A stretch of 64,000 nt of DNA from Clostridia bacterium (GCA_040776905.1 JAXGZQ010000001.1:1564400-1628399), one strand, 5' to 3'. Shown: positions 55,471-64,000, counted from the first letter of the stretch. Notes: generated from the sequence alone by a model not told the origin. A program made the numbers and translations.

Positions 55471-55479
55471 ATTTTAGCA
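55471..55479 (-). promoter_or_regulatory. extended -10 TGcTAAAAT only 7 nt upstream of ATG 55463 (possible leaderless start)
   Basis: Reverse complement of ATTTTAGCA at 55471-55479. No SD before the ATG. Confidence 0.3.
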
Positions 55480-55588
55480 CAGATCAACCGATTCCATAGT
55501 ACAATAATGTTAGTCGTTCACAGAGTATGATTGTTCTGCCGCGCAGACCGTCGGGCTTGATATGAGAAGCTCAGATGAGGGGGTCCCC

Positions 55589-56581
55589 ATGTTCTGTCAG
55601 CATTGTGGAGCACAGTTGGAAGCGGACGCGTCATTCTGTATGACCTGTGGAAAACCGGTTGAATCGTCCGGACAGGAACAGATGGATCAGATCGCTCAAC
55701 ATGAACCGACGCCGGTCTCACCACTTCCGGGTACGCCCTCACAAGGGGCAAACACCTGGCAGCCACCCGTACCGCCCGTTTCACCGGATCCATCTTATCA
55801 GGCAGCTGCGCCAGGCGGTATGCCGCCCATGGTTCCGCTGCCGAAAAAAAGAAGAACTGGCTGCCTGATTGTGATCATCATTCTGTTGATCCTGCTGCTG
55901 GCGATAGCCGGCCTGGCCGCAATGGTTTTCGGATTATTCGGACCGAAGAATCTCGGCGTTGAGTATACCGAGGCGGATTACCAGAGTGCCATGGAGAAAA
56001 TCGGAACTGAGATCATCTTTGATGGTCAGGAAGGTGACAACCTGCGGGAACTGACCCTTGAACTGAAGGAGGACGGTACCCAATATCCGGTCGCTGAATT
56101 TGACTGGCAGCATGACAATTTCCAACGACGCAGCTTTGAATTGACCCCTGAAGAAGCAACCGCACTGTGCAATGAGATTGCGCCGGCATTCTACTGGTTT
56201 GAGCGGACCCAGGTTGATATTCTGCCCGGCGGTATCGTTGAAGCGTCAGGAACCCTGCGGCTGCGCAAAGCGCTGCAGGATCATTATCCCGAACTGATTG
56301 ATGAGGTGCCGTTCCCGATTTTCCGCAAGGTAAATCTCTATGCCCGAGGCGGAATCGAGATCAGGGAAAACAGTCTGGATCTCGCGCCTGACACCTTCCG
56401 TACCGGGCCGATTGAGGGCATCTCAACTGATATGCTCGATGAGAACGCCCATTATTTTGAGCCGCTGTATACATCGATCCCCGGACTGGTCATTCACTCA
56501 CTTGAAGTGACCGATGAAGGGACGTTCGCAGTGGACGCGACGATCCCACAGCGGACCACGGTGACCCGGAGGCAACCCTGA
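55589..56581 (+). CDS. zinc-ribbon / Pro-rich / single-TM protein with an extracytoplasmic domain
   Basis: MFCQHCGAQLEADASFCMTCGKP (4-Cys ribbon), a Pro-rich linker, the TM helix LIVIIILLILLLAIAGLAAMVF, and a ~215-aa C-domain. GAGGGGG SD. Confidence 0.6.
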   Translation: MFCQHCGAQLEADASFCMTCGKPVESSGQEQMDQIAQHEPTPVSPLPGTPSQGANTWQPPVPPVSPDPSYQAAAPGGMPPMVPLPKKRRTGCLIVIIILLILLLAIAGLAAMVFGLFGPKNLGVEYTEADYQSAMEKIGTEIIFDGQEGDNLRELTLELKEDGTQYPVAEFDWQHDNFQRRSFELTPEEATALCNEIAPAFYWFERTQVDILPGGIVEASGTLRLRKALQDHYPELIDEVPFPIFRKVNLYARGGIEIRENSLDLAPDTFRTGPIEGISTDMLDENAHYFEPLYTSIPGLVIHSLEVTDEGTFAVDATIPQRTTVTRRQP

Positions 56582-57864
56582 TGCGGACGCTTCTGATCAA
56601 TGGAAAGCACGAACCGATTCCGCCGTTCCCTCATCCGCGTGATTATGTCTGGCGCTGCAGCCGCTTTTTCGGAGCCCGCTCCTTATTGTCCTTCATGGCG
56701 GTCGCCCGTTTCCATGCCTTCCGTGAGCTGTTCAACAGCTGGCGCTACCGCTGTGGCATCCCCCGTGATATTTTGATTGATCCGACCAATGCCTGTAACC
56801 TGCGTTGTATCGGCTGCTGGTCGCATGACTATGACCAGACCTGTGAGCTCAGCCTGGATAAGCTTGATCAGATCTGCGCGGAAGCGCGAAAACTGGGGAC
56901 ACTGGATATTCTTCTGACCGGCGGCGAACCGATGCTGCGCCGCAAAGATATTCTTGAACTGGCCCGGCGCCACCGACGGTTGTTTTTCGGACTGTTCACC
57001 AACGGAACGCTGATCGATGAATCCTTTGTCACTGCGATTGAACAGCTTGGCAATGTGACGGTATTTATCAGTATTGAGGGGTATCGTGAGGAGACTGATT
57101 TCCGGCGTGGGCAGGGAACCTATGATCGCGCGATCCGGGCGATGCGTCTTTTGCATCAACATGGTATCGCGTTCGGATTTTCGCTTTGTTATCACAAGAT
57201 GAATTATCAAACCGTGACCAGTGACGCGTTTCTTGATTTTCTGCGGCAGGAAGGGGCCTGGTTTGGCTGGGCTTTTGCTTATCGGCCGATCGGGCGTGAC
57301 GCGGACATGAGTCTTTGCCTGAACGCTGAACAGCGCGAGCTGGCCCGGACCCGGTTGGATGATTACAGTCACCGGAACCAGATGACGATTATTGACTTAT
57401 TCAACAGCGGACATCAGGCCTACGGCTGTGTCGCGGCGGGCAGCGGTTATCTGCATATCGCGGCCAGCGGTGATGTCGAACCCTGTGCTTTTTGCCATTA
57501 CGCGGACAGCAACCTGCATGACGTCAGTCTGCAGGAAGCGCTGCAATCACCATTTTTCAGGGCGTTCCGGCGGGCTCAGCCGTTTTCCGACAATCCGCTT
57601 CAACCCTGTCCGATGATCGATCAGCCGGACGCGATCGTCCGGCTGACAGAAGCGCATGGCGCGCGTTCAACGCACCAGACCAGTCCGGAAAGCGCACGGC
57701 AGTTCGCCGATAAAATCAGACCCTATGCCAGTGAATGGAATCAGCATGTACGGGATAAAAGCCGGCCATATCCGCGATCCGTGCTGAAACGATATCAGGC
57801 GCTGAGAAAAATTCTACAGATCAGGAAGCGGCTGGCAGGTGATATGGAGGATCCATCACGATGA
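56581..57864 (+). CDS. radical SAM enzyme with a single-auxiliary-cluster (twitch/partial SPASM-like) C-domain
   Basis: CNLRCIGC (Cx3Cx2C), GGEPMLR, and a C-terminal SGDVEPCAFCH...PCPM with 4 Cys in total. GGAGG SD. 1-nt overlap with the upstream stop. Confidence 0.85.
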   Translation: MRTLLINGKHEPIPPFPHPRDYVWRCSRFFGARSLLSFMAVARFHAFRELFNSWRYRCGIPRDILIDPTNACNLRCIGCWSHDYDQTCELSLDKLDQICAEARKLGTLDILLTGGEPMLRRKDILELARRHRRLFFGLFTNGTLIDESFVTAIEQLGNVTVFISIEGYREETDFRRGQGTYDRAIRAMRLLHQHGIAFGFSLCYHKMNYQTVTSDAFLDFLRQEGAWFGWAFAYRPIGRDADMSLCLNAEQRELARTRLDDYSHRNQMTIIDLFNSGHQAYGCVAAGSGYLHIAASGDVEPCAFCHYADSNLHDVSLQEALQSPFFRAFRRAQPFSDNPLQPCPMIDQPDAIVRLTEAHGARSTHQTSPESARQFADKIRPYASEWNQHVRDKSRPYPRSVLKRYQALRKILQIRKRLAGDMEDPSR

Positions 57865-59420
57865 AGCTTGAGTTTTCCGTTCTTCAGGACAAGATCAGAG
57901 GCTGCTGGGCCGGTAAGAATGCCGGCGGTGTGCTGGGCGCTCCATTTGAAGGACGGCGCGGCCGGCCGGAGATCCAGTTTTACACGCAGGACCTTTCAGC
58001 CGGACCTCCGCCGAACGATGATCTTGATCTGCAGCTGGTCTGGCTGGCTGCTGTGGAACGGTATGGCCGACAGGTCAACGCGTCGATTCTTGGTGAGTAT
58101 TGGCTCAGCTACATCATTCCCAACTGGGTTGAATATGGTATGGGCAAAGCCAATCTGCGGGCCGGTCTGCGCCCACCGCTGTCCGGTTCAGTTGATAATG
58201 TCTACAAAAACTCCTGTGGCTGCTTCATCCGGTCAGAAATCTGGGCCTGCCTGGCTCCGGGCCATCCGGAGATCGCGGTGCGCTATGCCTATGAAGACGC
58301 GATTGTCGACCACGCGGATGAAGGCATGTATGGCGAACTTTTTTTCGCCGCGCTGCAAAGCGCCGCGTTTGTTGAGGATGATCGGGACACGCTGCTGGAT
58401 ATCGCCCTGAGCTATATTCCAGACGATTGCGCGGTGTCCCGCTGTGTCCGCGAAGCACAAACCTGCTGGCAATCAGGTCAGCCGCTGGAAGAAGCCCGGC
58501 GGCGGATCCACGCGCAGGCTCCCGGAACCTTTGGTATTCAGGGTGTCCGCCTCAGCCAGCTCAGTGAGGAGGCCCGCGAACTTCCATTGGGGCAGGCCGG
58601 ATTTGACGCGCCGGAGAATATCGGCTTTACGATTGCCGGCTGGTATTATGGCGATGATGATTTCGGCAAGAGCCTCTGTCTGGCCGTCAGCTGCGGTGAG
58701 GACACGGACTGTACAGCAGCGACACTCGGCGCGCTGATCGGTATTATCCGCGGAGCTTCCGCGCTGCCGTCCGAATGGATGGATCCGCTTGGCGACCAGA
58801 TCGCGACCATGTGTGTCGACCGGACGAGTGGCGGCATCTGGATTCCTGACACAGTCAGCCAGCTGACGGACCGTGTCCTGCGGGTGATTCCCGGATTTCT
58901 CGGTGTTGATGTCTGTGATCTTTTCGCGCCGGGCGGCTACACGCTTGATGTTCTGAGCGGTGAAGCTTTGAAAGCACCGCCTGCCGACGATTATCTGCCG
59001 GAGATCAACGGCAATTCCATCGACCATGATCTTTCGATCTCAGCGCTCGGCCAACTGTCACCCGATACAATCCGCTGTGACTACCCGGCTTTCACGATGC
59101 TGATCCGCTGCCATGACGGCCCGTTCATCCGTCCGGATGAGCCCCGTTCACTGACTGTGACGGTGATGAATAATGGGCGCATGCATCAGCAGCATTGGGT
59201 CAGGATCCGGCTGCATCTGCCGGCAGGGCTGGAACTTGATGGCCCGGACCAGGTCCAGCTGCCGCTCAATTACAATTTCCAGTCCAACGCGGCGGTCACG
59301 TTCCGGCTGACCGATATCGGTCAGCAGGGACAGGCGGTGTTTGATCTGCTGGTTGAGGCGGAACTGGTCGGGCGGCACTCTTCCGCGGTGGAAAAAATCC
59401 GGTTGATGCGGCGCGCCTGA
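57861..59420 (+). CDS. ADP-ribosylglycohydrolase (ARH/DraG) family protein with a C-terminal beta-rich domain
   Basis: N-terminal GCWAGKNAGGVLGAPFEG and the GEDTDCTAATLGALIG motif of the ARH fold. ATGA overlap with the rSAM stop. Confidence 0.85.
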   Translation: MKLEFSVLQDKIRGCWAGKNAGGVLGAPFEGRRGRPEIQFYTQDLSAGPPPNDDLDLQLVWLAAVERYGRQVNASILGEYWLSYIIPNWVEYGMGKANLRAGLRPPLSGSVDNVYKNSCGCFIRSEIWACLAPGHPEIAVRYAYEDAIVDHADEGMYGELFFAALQSAAFVEDDRDTLLDIALSYIPDDCAVSRCVREAQTCWQSGQPLEEARRRIHAQAPGTFGIQGVRLSQLSEEARELPLGQAGFDAPENIGFTIAGWYYGDDDFGKSLCLAVSCGEDTDCTAATLGALIGIIRGASALPSEWMDPLGDQIATMCVDRTSGGIWIPDTVSQLTDRVLRVIPGFLGVDVCDLFAPGGYTLDVLSGEALKAPPADDYLPEINGNSIDHDLSISALGQLSPDTIRCDYPAFTMLIRCHDGPFIRPDEPRSLTVTVMNNGRMHQQHWVRIRLHLPAGLELDGPDQVQLPLNYNFQSNAAVTFRLTDIGQQGQAVFDLLVEAELVGRHSSAVEKIRLMRRA

Positions 59421-59434
59421 GCGCGTATCCCAGA

Positions 59435-60814
59435 TCAGACCGGTTCATCCGATGGCTGATCCGGCAGAATAATCGTAAATGTACTGCCGACCCCTTCGGT
59501 GCTCTGGACCTCAATTGTCCCTCCGTGGTTTTCGATAATCTGGCGGACCATGGTCAGGCCGAGGCCTGAGTTACCGTTCTGACGGGCGGTCCGGGCTGTG
59601 TCGACCTGATAAAAACGGTCGAAGATATGGGGAAGATGTTCCACCGGAATTCCATGGCCGTCATCGGAAACGATCAGATGAACGGCATTCAGGCGGCGCT
59701 GCAGGTCCAACATGATAAATCCGCCGGCATGGCCATGTTCAATGCCGTTTTGCATCAGATTGATCAGCGCCCGCACCATTTGTGTCTGATCCAGCGTCAG
59801 CACAATGTCAGGATCCAGTTTCTGGATGATCCGGATATCATGTTCAGCCGCTTTCTCAGCCAGCTCTTCAGCGACCATCTCACAGAGCTCAGCCAGATTG
59901 ATCGGTTCAGGATGCATCAAATCAGCACCTCTGGCCGCACGGGAAAGTTCCAGCAAGTGTGTGACCAGTTGTGACATCTGGCGGGACTGCTGCAGAATCG
60001 CCTGCAGGCTCTGTTCGCGGAGCGCCGGGTCATCCGGATGATCCAGCCCGAATTCTGCCTGGGAGATGATCACGGAAATCGGCGTGCGCAGCTCATGCGA
60101 TACATCTGAAGTAAATTGTTTTTCCCGGTTGAACGCGGTCTCCAGCTGGTCGAACAGATCATCAAAAGTGCTGCCCAGCAGCGACAGTTCATCAATCCTT
60201 TCCGATGGAAGATTGATCCGGCGTGACAAATCGCGGTCACGCTCAATGGCACGGGCAGTCTGCTGGATCTTTTCGATCGGTGTGAACGCGCGCCGCGTAA
60301 CCCGGTAGCCCAGCAGCAAGGCGAACAGGATCAACAGCGGCATGGCCAGCAGCATGGTGATCAGCGCACGGCGCAGGGTCGCTGCCGAACTGCTCAATGA
60401 ATGAATCCCGCGAACCCAGACGCCCAGTCCGTTCGGGTACTCGGTATACAGGTCATAGACCTGCCATTGATCCAGCGTGGTATCGATCGACTGATGTTCG
60501 TCAGAACGCAGTGCCGTGTTCTGGGGGAAAGACTGCGGTTCATGCCCGAGCATCAGGGTTCCTTCCGGCCCGTAGACGAGCAGCGTCACATCATCAACAT
60601 AAAAATCAAAATCGGGACTGATTTCCAGCCAGTCGCCGGGCGTTTCGATGAAGTCGAAGGCATTTTTAACCGCCCGCTCCAGTGAAAGCTGTGAAACCTG
60701 GTTGGTCTGATAGCCGAAGGCGGCATAAAAACCGCCGATAACCAGACCCGTGATCAGGAGAAAGACCGCCGCGTAATACAATGTGACGCGCTGCTTGATC
60801 GATAAATTCTTCAT
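59435..60814 (-). CDS. sensor histidine kinase (2 TM, HAMP, HisKA, HATPase_c)
   Basis: H-box SHELRTP, N-box NLMQNGIEH, and G-boxes DDGHGI / GLGL. Confidence 0.9.
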   Translation of the reverse strand: MKNLSIKQRVTLYYAAVFLLITGLVIGGFYAAFGYQTNQVSQLSLERAVKNAFDFIETPGDWLEISPDFDFYVDDVTLLVYGPEGTLMLGHEPQSFPQNTALRSDEHQSIDTTLDQWQVYDLYTEYPNGLGVWVRGIHSLSSSAATLRRALITMLLAMPLLILFALLLGYRVTRRAFTPIEKIQQTARAIERDRDLSRRINLPSERIDELSLLGSTFDDLFDQLETAFNREKQFTSDVSHELRTPISVIISQAEFGLDHPDDPALREQSLQAILQQSRQMSQLVTHLLELSRAARGADLMHPEPINLAELCEMVAEELAEKAAEHDIRIIQKLDPDIVLTLDQTQMVRALINLMQNGIEHGHAGGFIMLDLQRRLNAVHLIVSDDGHGIPVEHLPHIFDRFYQVDTARTARQNGNSGLGLTMVRQIIENHGGTIEVQSTEGVGSTFTIILPDQPSDEPV

Positions 60815-61492
60815 TCAGCTTTCCTCGCGCAGGACATAGCCAGCGCCGCGAACGGTATGAATCAAGGGTGTGCTCCCGTCCTGATCGACTTTACGGCGCA
60901 GATAACGGATATAGACATCTATAACATTACTGCCGCCTTCAAACCCATAATCGTAGATATGCTGAGCGATTTTCTCACGGGTCAGAACGATGCCCTGATA
61001 ACGCAGCAGGACTTCAAGCAGGGTGAACTCACGCTGGGTCAGCTGAATGTCCCGATCGCCCCGCTGGACGGTTCGACTGGCCAGATCCATGCGAAGATCA
61101 GCGATTTCCAACACACTGTCTGCCTGGTCGACTGTCTGGCGCCGCAACAGGACACGGATGCGCGCAGAGAGTTCAGCAAAGGAAAAGGGCTTGACCAGAT
61201 AGTCGTCTGCTCCGGCATCAAGCCCGCTGACCCGGTCCTCAATCGCGTCACGCGCGGTCAGCAGCAGCACGGGTGTCGTGATCTTCTGGGCGCGGATCTG
61301 GCGCAGGACCGTCAGGCCATCGCGCCGGGGCAGCATGATATCGAGGATCACGGCATCGTAGTTTGTCAATTCGATATAGGTCTGTCCGTCCTCGCCATTG
61401 TCGCAGGTATCAACGCTGTAGCCTTCATCCCGCAGCCGCCGGGCAGTGATCTCTCTCAGCGATTGTTCATCTTCAATCAACAGCAAACGCAT
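60815..61492 (-). CDS. OmpR/PhoB family response regulator
   Basis: Receiver domain (DAVILDIMLP, phospho-Asp context) plus a winged-helix C-terminus (TVRGAGYVL). AGAGGGAA SD before ATG 61492. Confidence 0.9.
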   Translation of the reverse strand: MRLLLIEDEQSLREITARRLRDEGYSVDTCDNGEDGQTYIELTNYDAVILDIMLPRRDGLTVLRQIRAQKITTPVLLLTARDAIEDRVSGLDAGADDYLVKPFSFAELSARIRVLLRRQTVDQADSVLEIADLRMDLASRTVQRGDRDIQLTQREFTLLEVLLRYQGIVLTREKIAQHIYDYGFEGGSNVIDVYIRYLRRKVDQDGSTPLIHTVRGAGYVLREES

Positions 61493-61525
61493 CGGGATTC
61501 CCTCTTTCAACGATCATTCTGCTCT

Positions 61526-61534
61526 ATTATAGCA
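61526..61534 (-). promoter_or_regulatory. extended -10 TGcTATAAT for the two-component operon
   Basis: Reverse complement of ATTATAGCA at 61526-61534, 33 nt upstream of ATG 61492. Confidence 0.4.
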
Positions 61535-61658
61535 TTCGCCGCTGCAACGAAGCGTGTCTGGCGATTCTCATCCAACTTTCATTTTCGTCTCATCTGCTTT
61601 TAATCTTCGCCTGATAAACTGAAATCAATTCAAAACCTGATGAGAGGAAGTTGATCAT

Positions 61659-62918
61659 ATGAAAAAGACAAAAAACAAAAAATTGAAGATAGCGGCTATG
61701 CTGGTCGCACTCGCCCTTATCCTTGGCGTCGGAGGATTCTCCGCGTCACGGATCGTCCAGGCTTCTGCCTTTGATTCAGCCCGCAACGCGGCTCGCGACG
61801 CGGTTCCGACAGCGGCTGAACTACTCGATTCAGAGCTGGATGATGATGCCTACCAGTTTGAGTTCTATGATGAACTTTATGATGAATACTATGAGGTCTC
61901 GGTTGATAAGAAAGACCGCAGCCAGATCAAAGTGACCAGCCGGGTTGAATCCGTTCAGGTCACACAACAGATTGACCGGACCCGTGAAGAAGTGGAAGCC
62001 GTGGTCAGAGCCGTTTATCCCGACGCTGAGATAACCTCGGTCAGCCTGTCCGAATATGAGAAGGGTTATGTCTATAAGGTCGTTTTCGCCGGTGATGCCG
62101 TGCGGGGCCAGGTATCGGTCCATCCACAGTCCGGTCAGATTATCAGCCGTTCCCTGCGATATGGATCGTCCATGCTGGTGATGACCAACCCAATCGATGA
62201 TGATGATGACGCGATCAAACCACTGACCGATCGCTACATCTCACTTGAACAGGCGCGGCTGATCGCTCTGGAAGCAGTACCCAACGCGAGTATTCATGAG
62301 ATGGAATATGGTGAAGACGATGAACGCCTGACCATTGAAGTCGAAATGACCCGTGAAGGCTGGGAATTTGAAGTGACCATTGACGCCCAGACCGGCGACG
62401 TTCTGGAAATTGAACGTGACGACGGAACCCTGCAGACTCAACCGACTGAGCCCACCACCACCCGTCCGGCCACTGAAGTTGATGACGACCGTGACGATGA
62501 CATGGGCGACGACCGTGACGACGACTGGAACGATGACCGTGATGACGACCGTGACGATGACCGTGATACGACCTCCTCTCCGACACCGTCCCGCTCAGAA
62601 GAAACAATCACTTCTTCAACCGAGCCGAAAGCAACAGAGACCCAGCCGGCACCTGCTCTGATCGGAGCGGATCGAGCCGCGAAAATAGTTCTGGCGAAAA
62701 TCCCCGGAGCGACCTTTGTTGATAAAATTGAACTTGAACGGGATGACGGGCGTCTCTATTATGAAGGAGAAGCACGACTGGCCGGTTACGAGTATGAATT
62801 TGAAATAGACGCTTATACCGGCGTGATTATCGACTGGGATGCCGATGAAATCGATGACGACGATTATGACGATTATGACGATTATGACGATGACGACGAT
62901 GATGAGGACGATGACTGA
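61659..62918 (+). CDS. secreted/anchored multi-PepSY-domain protein with poly-acidic segments
   Basis: N-terminal signal/anchor and repeated PepSY-like units (..A..IAL..VP.A.I.E.E.E.DDG...YEVE..). DDDRDDD repeats and a DDDDYDDYDDYDDDDDDEDDD tail. Confidence 0.8.
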   Translation: MKKTKNKKLKIAAMLVALALILGVGGFSASRIVQASAFDSARNAARDAVPTAAELLDSELDDDAYQFEFYDELYDEYYEVSVDKKDRSQIKVTSRVESVQVTQQIDRTREEVEAVVRAVYPDAEITSVSLSEYEKGYVYKVVFAGDAVRGQVSVHPQSGQIISRSLRYGSSMLVMTNPIDDDDDAIKPLTDRYISLEQARLIALEAVPNASIHEMEYGEDDERLTIEVEMTREGWEFEVTIDAQTGDVLEIERDDGTLQTQPTEPTTTRPATEVDDDRDDDMGDDRDDDWNDDRDDDRDDDRDTTSSPTPSRSEETITSSTEPKATETQPAPALIGADRAAKIVLAKIPGATFVDKIELERDDGRLYYEGEARLAGYEYEFEIDAYTGVIIDWDADEIDDDDYDDYDDYDDDDDDEDDD

Positions 62919-62984
62919 GCCATATCCTGATCTGTCCTGATGGAGAGAGCGTCACAGCAAACTTAATTAACCCGGCATAATGGA

Positions 62985-63040
62985 AGAGGATGTCTCAACA
63001 ACCGGCCTTGCGGCCTGAGAGACATCCTCTCTTTATTTGT
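62985..63040. terminator. long stem-loop between convergent genes
   Basis: AGAGGATGTCTC ... GAGACATCCTCT 12-bp stem with an inner GGCC-ttgc-GGCC hairpin, followed by CTTTATTT. Confidence 0.55.
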
Positions 63041-63081
63041 TGTTTGTCAGGTTGGGACAGATGTCAGGTTCTCACCAGGTA

Positions 63082-64000
63082 TCAGGGTTTGATCAGGACT
63101 TTGACCGCCTGCGGCGAGGCCGCCGTTGTAAAGGCTTCCTGCCATTGCTCAAGCGCGTAAATGTGGGACACCACACCGTCAGTGGTCAGCTGGCCGCCGG
63201 CCATCTGCCGGATAATCGTCGGATAACAGTACGGACTCAATTGCGAACCTCGAATGGTGATCTCTTTGGCATCACCGATCAGGCTCCAGTCGACGGTTGA
63301 GGGACCATTCATCACGGAGAATTCGACGAACATGCCAGCCTTGCGAATCATATCCAGACCCTGCTGTACCGCGTCTGGATGTCCGGTTGCCTCAATATAG
63401 ACATCGCAGCCGACATCATCTGTCAGCGCGAGGACCTCAGCGACTGCGTCCTGGTCACGCGGGTTGATCACACGGTCCGCGCCGAATCGTGCAGCCAGTC
63501 CCAGCCGGAGCGGATTGAGATCAAGGACAATCAGCTGTTTGGGCTTATGCCGTTTGATCTGGGGGATCATGGCCAGACCCAGGGTTCCGGCACCAGCCAG
63601 TACAACCGTATCTCCGGAGTGGACGCCGGCCCGTCGGACACCGTGCAGGGCACAGGCGAACGGTTCGACCAGTGCCGCCTGTTCCAGACTCAGTACGGAG
63701 GGCAGGTGATAGTTAAGTGCTTTGGCCGGCAGAAGGGCATATTCAGCCATTCCACCGTTCAAATGCTGTTTAAAGCCGTAGACATCATGAGGCTGGCAGA
63801 GCCAGTACATTTTTTCCTGACAGTACCAGCAGGTCCCGCAGGGTACGATCTGCTCGGAGATGACGCGGTCGCCTGCCTGGAATTCTGCGGTGTCCGGTCC
63901 CGTAGCGACAACATGGCCGGAAAATTCATGTCCGGGGATAAAGGGCGGTTCACAATAGCCGGGCATGCCGCCACCGCCCCAGAAACGGGCCGTCGAATGG
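63082..64000 (-). CDS. zinc-dependent alcohol/polyol dehydrogenase (paralogue of 34202-35272); N-terminus outside the window
   Basis: The frame stays open upstream of the tracked Met to base 64000 (..HSTARFWGGGGMPGYCEPPFIPGHEFSG..). Structural-zinc CGTCWYCQEKMYWLC and GAGTLG Rossmann motif. Confidence 0.85.
   Translation of the reverse strand, partial: HSTARFWGGGGMPGYCEPPFIPGHEFSGHVVATGPDTAEFQAGDRVISEQIVPCGTCWYCQEKMYWLCQPHDVYGFKQHLNGGMAEYALLPAKALNYHLPSVLSLEQAALVEPFACALHGVRRAGVHSGDTVVLAGAGTLGLAMIPQIKRHKPKQLIVLDLNPLRLGLAARFGADRVINPRDQDAVAEVLALTDDVGCDVYIEATGHPDAVQQGLDMIRKAGMFVEFSVMNGPSTVDWSLIGDAKEITIRGSQLSPYCYPTIIRQMAGGQLTTDGVVSHIYALEQWQEAFTTAASPQAVKVLIKP

Noticed and set aside
56581-57864. The radical-SAM gene as the anaerobic sulfatase-maturating enzyme for the two Cys-sulfatases
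   Set aside because: It has only four cysteines after the Cx3Cx2C motif. The full SPASM complement I expect in anSME is absent, and it has a long N-terminal extension. It is adjacent to neither sulfatase. This is kept only as a low-probability hypothesis to test.
62460-62915. Short tandem repeats (GACGACCGTGACGATGAC-like, GATTATGAC x3) as a CRISPR or VNTR locus
   Set aside because: They lie in frame within the PepSY ORF and encode Asp-rich low-complexity tracts. There is no repeat-spacer periodicity.
1-64000. Mobile element, prophage, defence island, tRNA/rRNA or CRISPR content
   Set aside because: I found no integrase, transposase, recombinase, phage structural genes, restriction-modification or Cas-like genes, and no terminal inverted repeats or tRNA-like cloverleaf sequences. 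Absence was judged by eye only.

Overview
This is a 64-kb chromosomal segment from a GC-rich Gram-positive (Firmicutes/Clostridia-like) genome. Supporting signs are GGAGG Shine-Dalgarno sites, LAGC/LTGC lipoboxes, AdhE, a DUF3006+ComEC-like pair and a LytTR regulator. I support about 55 protein-coding genes. I found no rRNA, tRNA, CRISPR array, transposase, integrase or phage genes. All family names come from reading the translations by eye and from memory; no database was searched. Many long antisense ORFs in the track are GC artefacts.

Content is mostly an accessory catabolic patchwork:
- Sugar and sugar-acid enzymes: dgoD, uxuA-like, three paralogous SDRs, Zn-ADHs, AKRs, a sugar-phosphate isomerase, GH9 and GH3.
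- Two signal-less Cys-type sulfatases, with no canonical maturase in the window.
- Four divergent paralogues of a GH42-like/GHL6-like ~700-aa protein, three of them clustered. They keep a 4-Cys zinc motif but lack the canonical NE acid/base.

The candidates I rate most worth following:
1. A translationally fused operon: zinc-ribbon membrane protein, then a radical-SAM (single auxiliary cluster) enzyme, then an ADP-ribosylglycohydrolase-fold protein.
2. The GH42-like paralogue cluster.
3. A Tet(M)-architecture ribosomal-protection-like GTPase, ATGA-coupled to a 93-aa 3-TM PQ-loop-like protein.
4. An ABC-F gene behind a 5-codon uORF and a terminator/anti-SD leader.
5. A tandem DUF5320 pair (one zinc-ribbon form, one RGG + coiled-coil form) as a self-contained promoter-to-terminator unit.
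6. A catalytically dead SDR paralogue next to its active twin.
7. A receiver-less LytTR regulator plus membrane partner, with perfect 11-bp direct repeats upstream.
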